From contig JBFXGD010000116.1 of assembly GCA_050178385.1 (NCBI GenBank), positions 1 through 11,207 of the forward strand: DNA of 11,207 nt, written 5' to 3'. Position numbers and translations under genes: made by a program. Source of the DNA: Calditrichaceae bacterium (GTDB lineage: Bacteria; Calditrichota; Calditrichia; Calditrichales; JBFXGD01). Under the pieces are notes generated by a model. The model had not been told where the DNA came from and made no database searches. It saw nothing but the letters and a program-made list of their open reading frames with translations. Shown piece by piece: positions 8,573 to 11,207 of this stretch. Within the stretch, counting starts at the first letter, position 1, and every line of letters starts with the position of its first letter.

Positions 8573-8940
8573 ATTTTTGTTCCTTCTTCCTGGTATTTTG
8601 ACGGACATTTAACAAGAATTTCTTTCGCGTGAAAATTTCCTTCCTTATACTGTCCGACGCATACCACCTCGGTAGCCTGATCAAAATTGCCCGGTTTCGC
8701 TCCGTCATAAAGGACATCCACCATTAGACCTTTATCGTCCTTTAATTTGAAGACAAAAAGATTCCTGTCTAAATCGAAATTACCGTTATCGACACGGGTC
8801 CCCTTCACCTGCACCACGCTGCCCGATTTTACGGCATCTTCAATTGACACGTATGGAGTAAGAGTGGAATTAAATGAAATACCCGCCCAAACGGTGAATC
8901 CAATGATAATTAGTCCACCGATTATATATTTTAAACGCAT
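8569..8940 (-). CDS. ccmE: Heme chaperone CcmE, CxxxY variant
   Basis: N-terminal TM anchor, OB-fold-type segments ('VQVKG', 'FKLKD', 'VLYDGAKPGNF', 'VVCVG', 'FHAKEILVKCPSKY'). AAGGAG RBS; lies between ccmD and ccmF. Confidence 0.93.
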   Translation of the reverse strand: MRLKYIIGGLIIIGFTVWAGISFNSTLTPYVSIEDAVKSGSVVQVKGTRVDNGNFDLDRNLFVFKLKDDKGLMVDVLYDGAKPGNFDQATEVVCVGQYKEGNFHAKEILVKCPSKYQEEGTKI

Positions 8941-8991
8941 AAAACGTCTCCTTTCGACTATTTAATTCTGCATCGACTGTAACCATCCCGA

Positions 8992-9020
8992 AGTATATAT
9001 AAACAAAAAACAGCATTGAA
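8992..9020 (-). promoter_or_regulatory. Possible internal promoter upstream of ccmE
   Basis: The minus strand reads TTCAAT (9020-9015), 17 nt, TATACT (8997-8992), in the 118-nt ccmD-ccmE gap. The region is AT-rich, so a chance match is possible. Confidence 0.35.
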
Positions 9021-9058
9021 TGATTTCATCTGATTTAAATTTATTTGCTTGATCAGGG

Positions 9059-9193
9059 TTATACTCGATCGCCGGATACTTCGTTTGCCCGCTTTTTTAA
9101 TTTTTTTACCTGACTGTTCAGATAGACTATGTATCCGAATACGCCCGTCCATACAATCATATTTATAATGAGCACCACATAAATCGGTTCCAT
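9059..9193 (-). CDS. ccmD: Heme exporter protein CcmD (44 aa, not in the supplied ORF track)
   Basis: Hand translation: MEPIYVVLIINMIVWTGVFGYIVYLNSQVKKLKKRANEVSGDRV*. One TM helix followed by a basic tail. The ATG directly abuts the ccmC stop (TAAATG), with GGAG 6 nt upstream. Canonical position between ccmC and ccmE. Confidence 0.88.
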   Translation of the reverse strand: MEPIYVVLIINMIVWTGVFGYIVYLNSQVKKLKKRANEVSGDRV

Positions 9194-9892
9194 TTATATC
9201 TCCACTTTGTTTAATTTCAGTTTTACCATAATTAAATCAAATTTGAGCTTTAAAATCCAAAAGAACAGAACGGTAAATCCGAACAGGGACGACAGAAAAA
9301 CAGTCAGCATCTTGCCATCCATGTTGATTTTGCCCTCTTGGTTAATGATCGGGTCAGGATGCAGGGATGAATATATCCGCGGAACAATAAAAATGAAGAA
9401 CGGTACCGTTACAAACGCAAGCAGAGAATAAACCGCGGATAAAGCCGCTTTGCGGTCCGGTTGTTCAATCGCCGACCTCAACGCGAAATAGGCCGCGTAA
9501 ATCAACAGCAAAATAAAAATGGATGTTTCACGGGGATCCCAGTTCCAGAACGAGCCCCAGCTCGCCTTCGCCCAGATCGAACCTGTCACCGTGGCCAGCA
9601 CACCAAAGAGAAGCCCCATTTCATTGGCCCCTTCGGCAAACATGTCATATTTAATGTCACGTTTTTTCAGATAAAGAATACTAAAGAATGCAGCGACAAA
9701 AAACGCGATAACGGTTATCCATGCAGTCGGCACATGAAAATATAATACCCGTGTGTATTCTCCAAGACCCTTAGCGATTGGAGCGTAAAGAAACGCACCG
9801 ACTATTACAAGAGCAATCCAGGCAAATAATAAAAGCTTCCAGCCAATCTGCAGTACAGCTTTGCCAGGAGAACCATTTTTTTCTGATATCAT
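9194..9892 (-). CDS. ccmC: Heme exporter/heme-delivery protein CcmC
   Basis: WWD motif 'GSIWAKASWGSFWNWDPRET', flanked by the two conserved His ('YFHVP', 'SLHP'); about six hydrophobic segments. Confidence 0.95.
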   Translation of the reverse strand: MISEKNGSPGKAVLQIGWKLLLFAWIALVIVGAFLYAPIAKGLGEYTRVLYFHVPTAWITVIAFFVAAFFSILYLKKRDIKYDMFAEGANEMGLLFGVLATVTGSIWAKASWGSFWNWDPRETSIFILLLIYAAYFALRSAIEQPDRKAALSAVYSLLAFVTVPFFIFIVPRIYSSLHPDPIINQEGKINMDGKMLTVFLSSLFGFTVLFFWILKLKFDLIMVKLKLNKVEI

Positions 9893-10011
9893 ATTAATCT
9901 TCCCTGGTTAATTATTAATCTTGTTTTAACCCCCTGAACGCATACCTGATTTTGATACCAAGAAGAACTTCATAATTCTCTATTTCATTCCTCTTAAATT
10001 CTTTTTATTGA

Positions 10012-10671
10012 TCATTCGTTCCAGACAAATTCAAATAGCAAAACCGACGCCGTCAGAACTACCACACCATAAGCAAATAATGCCTGCAATTCACTGGATG
10101 CGGCCCAGAAATTTGTCTCAGCCGTGGCGATTTTTGTGGCGCTGATACCGCTGACTATCACAGGCAATAATATGGGAAAAGCCAATACCGTAAACAACGC
10201 GCCTTTCGCGCTTGCTTTTGAGATAATTGCCGCCACCATGGTACCCCCTGAAGCCAGACCAAAGCTCCCCAGCAGCAACGCGGTAAAAAATAGAGAAAAA
10301 TTCTGAATCTGCAGATCCATAACAGCGAGAAACAGGGGTATAATGATGATTTCCAGCGCGAAAAGCAGGATTAAATTGAAGAAAAACTTGCCAAAAAAAA
10401 CACTTGAGGCGGTCGCGACCAGCTTCAGAGTATCCGCGGTATGGGTTTCTTCCTCTCTTACAAAAATGTGAGATAAGCCCGACATGGATGAAAAGAAAAG
10501 AATAATCCATAAAAGGGCAGCCATAATCTCCTGTCCCGCTGAATAGGTGCCGATTGAAAATGAAACCGCTGTCAGAGTTACGACGGCAAAAAGCAGAATG
10601 GCGTTTATCGCATAGCGGGTTTTGAATTCCTGCCGGACATCTTTTAAGAATATATACCAGGCTTTACGCAT
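10012..10671 (-). CDS. ccmB: Heme exporter ABC permease CcmB
   Basis: 'FLKDVRQEFK', 'ALLWIILFFS', 'FVREEE', 'FFGK', 'LFTVLAFPILLPVI', with multiple TM segments. Start moved from 10707 to the ATG at 10671, which overlaps the ccmA stop (ATGCGTAA); 219 aa. Confidence 0.92.
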   Translation of the reverse strand: MRKAWYIFLKDVRQEFKTRYAINAILLFAVVTLTAVSFSIGTYSAGQEIMAALLWIILFFSSMSGLSHIFVREEETHTADTLKLVATASSVFFGKFFFNLILLFALEIIIIPLFLAVMDLQIQNFSLFFTALLLGSFGLASGGTMVAAIISKASAKGALFTVLAFPILLPVIVSGISATKIATAETNFWAASSELQALFAYGVVVLTASVLLFEFVWNE

Positions 10672-11207
10672 GAATCTGAACCGTCCAATCTGCAAATTCC
10701 AGGTCATCGGGATCGTTGGTGGCGATAATCAGTATTTTATCCTTCTTCTGGTCACGCATAATTTCATAAATTGTATTGATACCCTGCTCATCTAGATTGG
10801 ATCTGGGTTCGTCCACAAAGAGTACTTCGGGATCATCCAACAGCGCGAACACATATTTCAGCCGTTGTTTCATGCCTGATGAATAGGTCTTTACCGCGTC
10901 GTCTTCCCGGCCGGCAAGATTTAATTTTTTCATTAATCCGGCAATTTTCTCAGAACTGTTTTTCACGCCCCTCATTTTCGCGAAAAATTCCAGATTTTCT
11001 CTCGCGGTCAAATCCTGATAAAGTTCCAGATACGGTCCCACAAAACCGATGTGCTCAAAAATATTTTCACGTTCTATGGGCTTACCGTTTTTTTTATAGG
11101 TTACGGTACCTTTGGTAGGCTGTATAAGATTGGAAAGGACGCGCATTAAAGTGGTTTTTCCGGATCCGTTGGGCCCGACAATGGCCATGCTTTCTCCGCT
11201 GGATATG
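10664..11207 (-). CDS. ccmA: Heme ABC exporter ATP-binding protein CcmA (5' end outside the window)
   Basis: Walker A 'GPNGSGKT', 'LTARENL', signature 'YSSGMKQR', Walker B 'LFVDEP'. The frame stays open upstream of the 11188 ATG (…ISSGES-MAIVG) to the window edge. Directly upstream of ccmB. Confidence 0.9.
   Translation of the reverse strand, partial: ISSGESMAIVGPNGSGKTTLMRVLSNLIQPTKGTVTYKKNGKPIERENIFEHIGFVGPYLELYQDLTARENLEFFAKMRGVKNSSEKIAGLMKKLNLAGREDDAVKTYSSGMKQRLKYVFALLDDPEVLFVDEPRSNLDEQGINTIYEIMRDQKKDKILIIATNDPDDLEFADWTVQIHA

Noticed and set aside
8573..8608. N-terminal extension of CcmF (MSVKIPGRRNKN) in the ORF track
   Set aside because: It overlaps the CcmE CPSKY codons. The ATG at 8572 has an SD-like sequence and a typical ATGA coupling.
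8958..9152. 64-aa minus-strand ORF (MDGRIRIHS...)
   Set aside because: Overlaps the better-supported ccmD frame and shows no family resemblance.
9926..9973. 15-codon minus-strand ORF MKFFLVSKSGMRSGG in the ccmB-ccmC gap
   Set aside because: Too short, with no attenuator-like structure or informative composition; consistent with chance.
7554..10510. Alternative-frame minus-strand ORFs 7554..7961, 8493..8717 and 10118..10510
   Set aside because: They lie within intact ccmF, ccmE and ccmB frames. The main frames show no break, so there is no evidence of frameshifting.
10672..10707. N-terminal extension of CcmB (MTWNLQIGRFRF)
   Set aside because: Lies within the ccmA 3' end. The ATG at 10671 gives a typical CcmB length and an 8-nt coupled overlap.
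611..11118. All plus-strand ORFs in the track (e.g. 2677..3021, 4686..5000, 5077..5424, 6381..6716, 9461..9745)
   Set aside because: Antisense shadows of well-conserved minus-strand genes, with no recognisable motifs.
1..11207. CRISPR arrays, IS/prophage/integrase genes, tRNA/rRNA, riboswitches, FNR boxes, defence or RiPP systems
   Set aside because: No spaced repeats, transposase or integrase motifs, or complete intergenic TTGAT-N4-ATCAA site seen by eye. Intergenic gaps are all under 190 nt and largely explained. An Rfam/Infernal scan would be needed to exclude small RNAs formally.

Overview
Bacterial chromosomal housekeeping region. Every credible gene lies on the minus strand, in two blocks. 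Block 1 (transcribed from beyond 11207 down to about 6283) is a System I cytochrome c maturation operon, ccmA(5'-truncated)-ccmB-ccmC-ccmD-ccmE-ccmF, closed by a strong intrinsic terminator. It looks like the variant 'System I*': CcmE carries CxxxY instead of HxxxY, and no ccmG/ccmH follows ccmF. The 44-aa ccmD (9059..9193) is missing from the supplied ORF track and was read by hand. Block 2 (candidate sigma70 promoter at about 6199-6227) is a mixed run: truA, transaldolase, a UUCG hairpin, a membrane-anchored HtrA/DegS-like protease, purB, purC, psd and pssA. It probably continues past base 1. I found no mobile element, CRISPR array, RNA gene or defence system, and no clearly new biological system. 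The points worth following up are variant features of the Ccm machinery (CxxxY CcmE, His-to-Asn H-loop in CcmA, an apparently duplicated periplasmic module in CcmF) and the regulatory layout. The gene styles suggest an FCB-group organism such as Calditrichota or Ignavibacteria, but that is an unverified impression.
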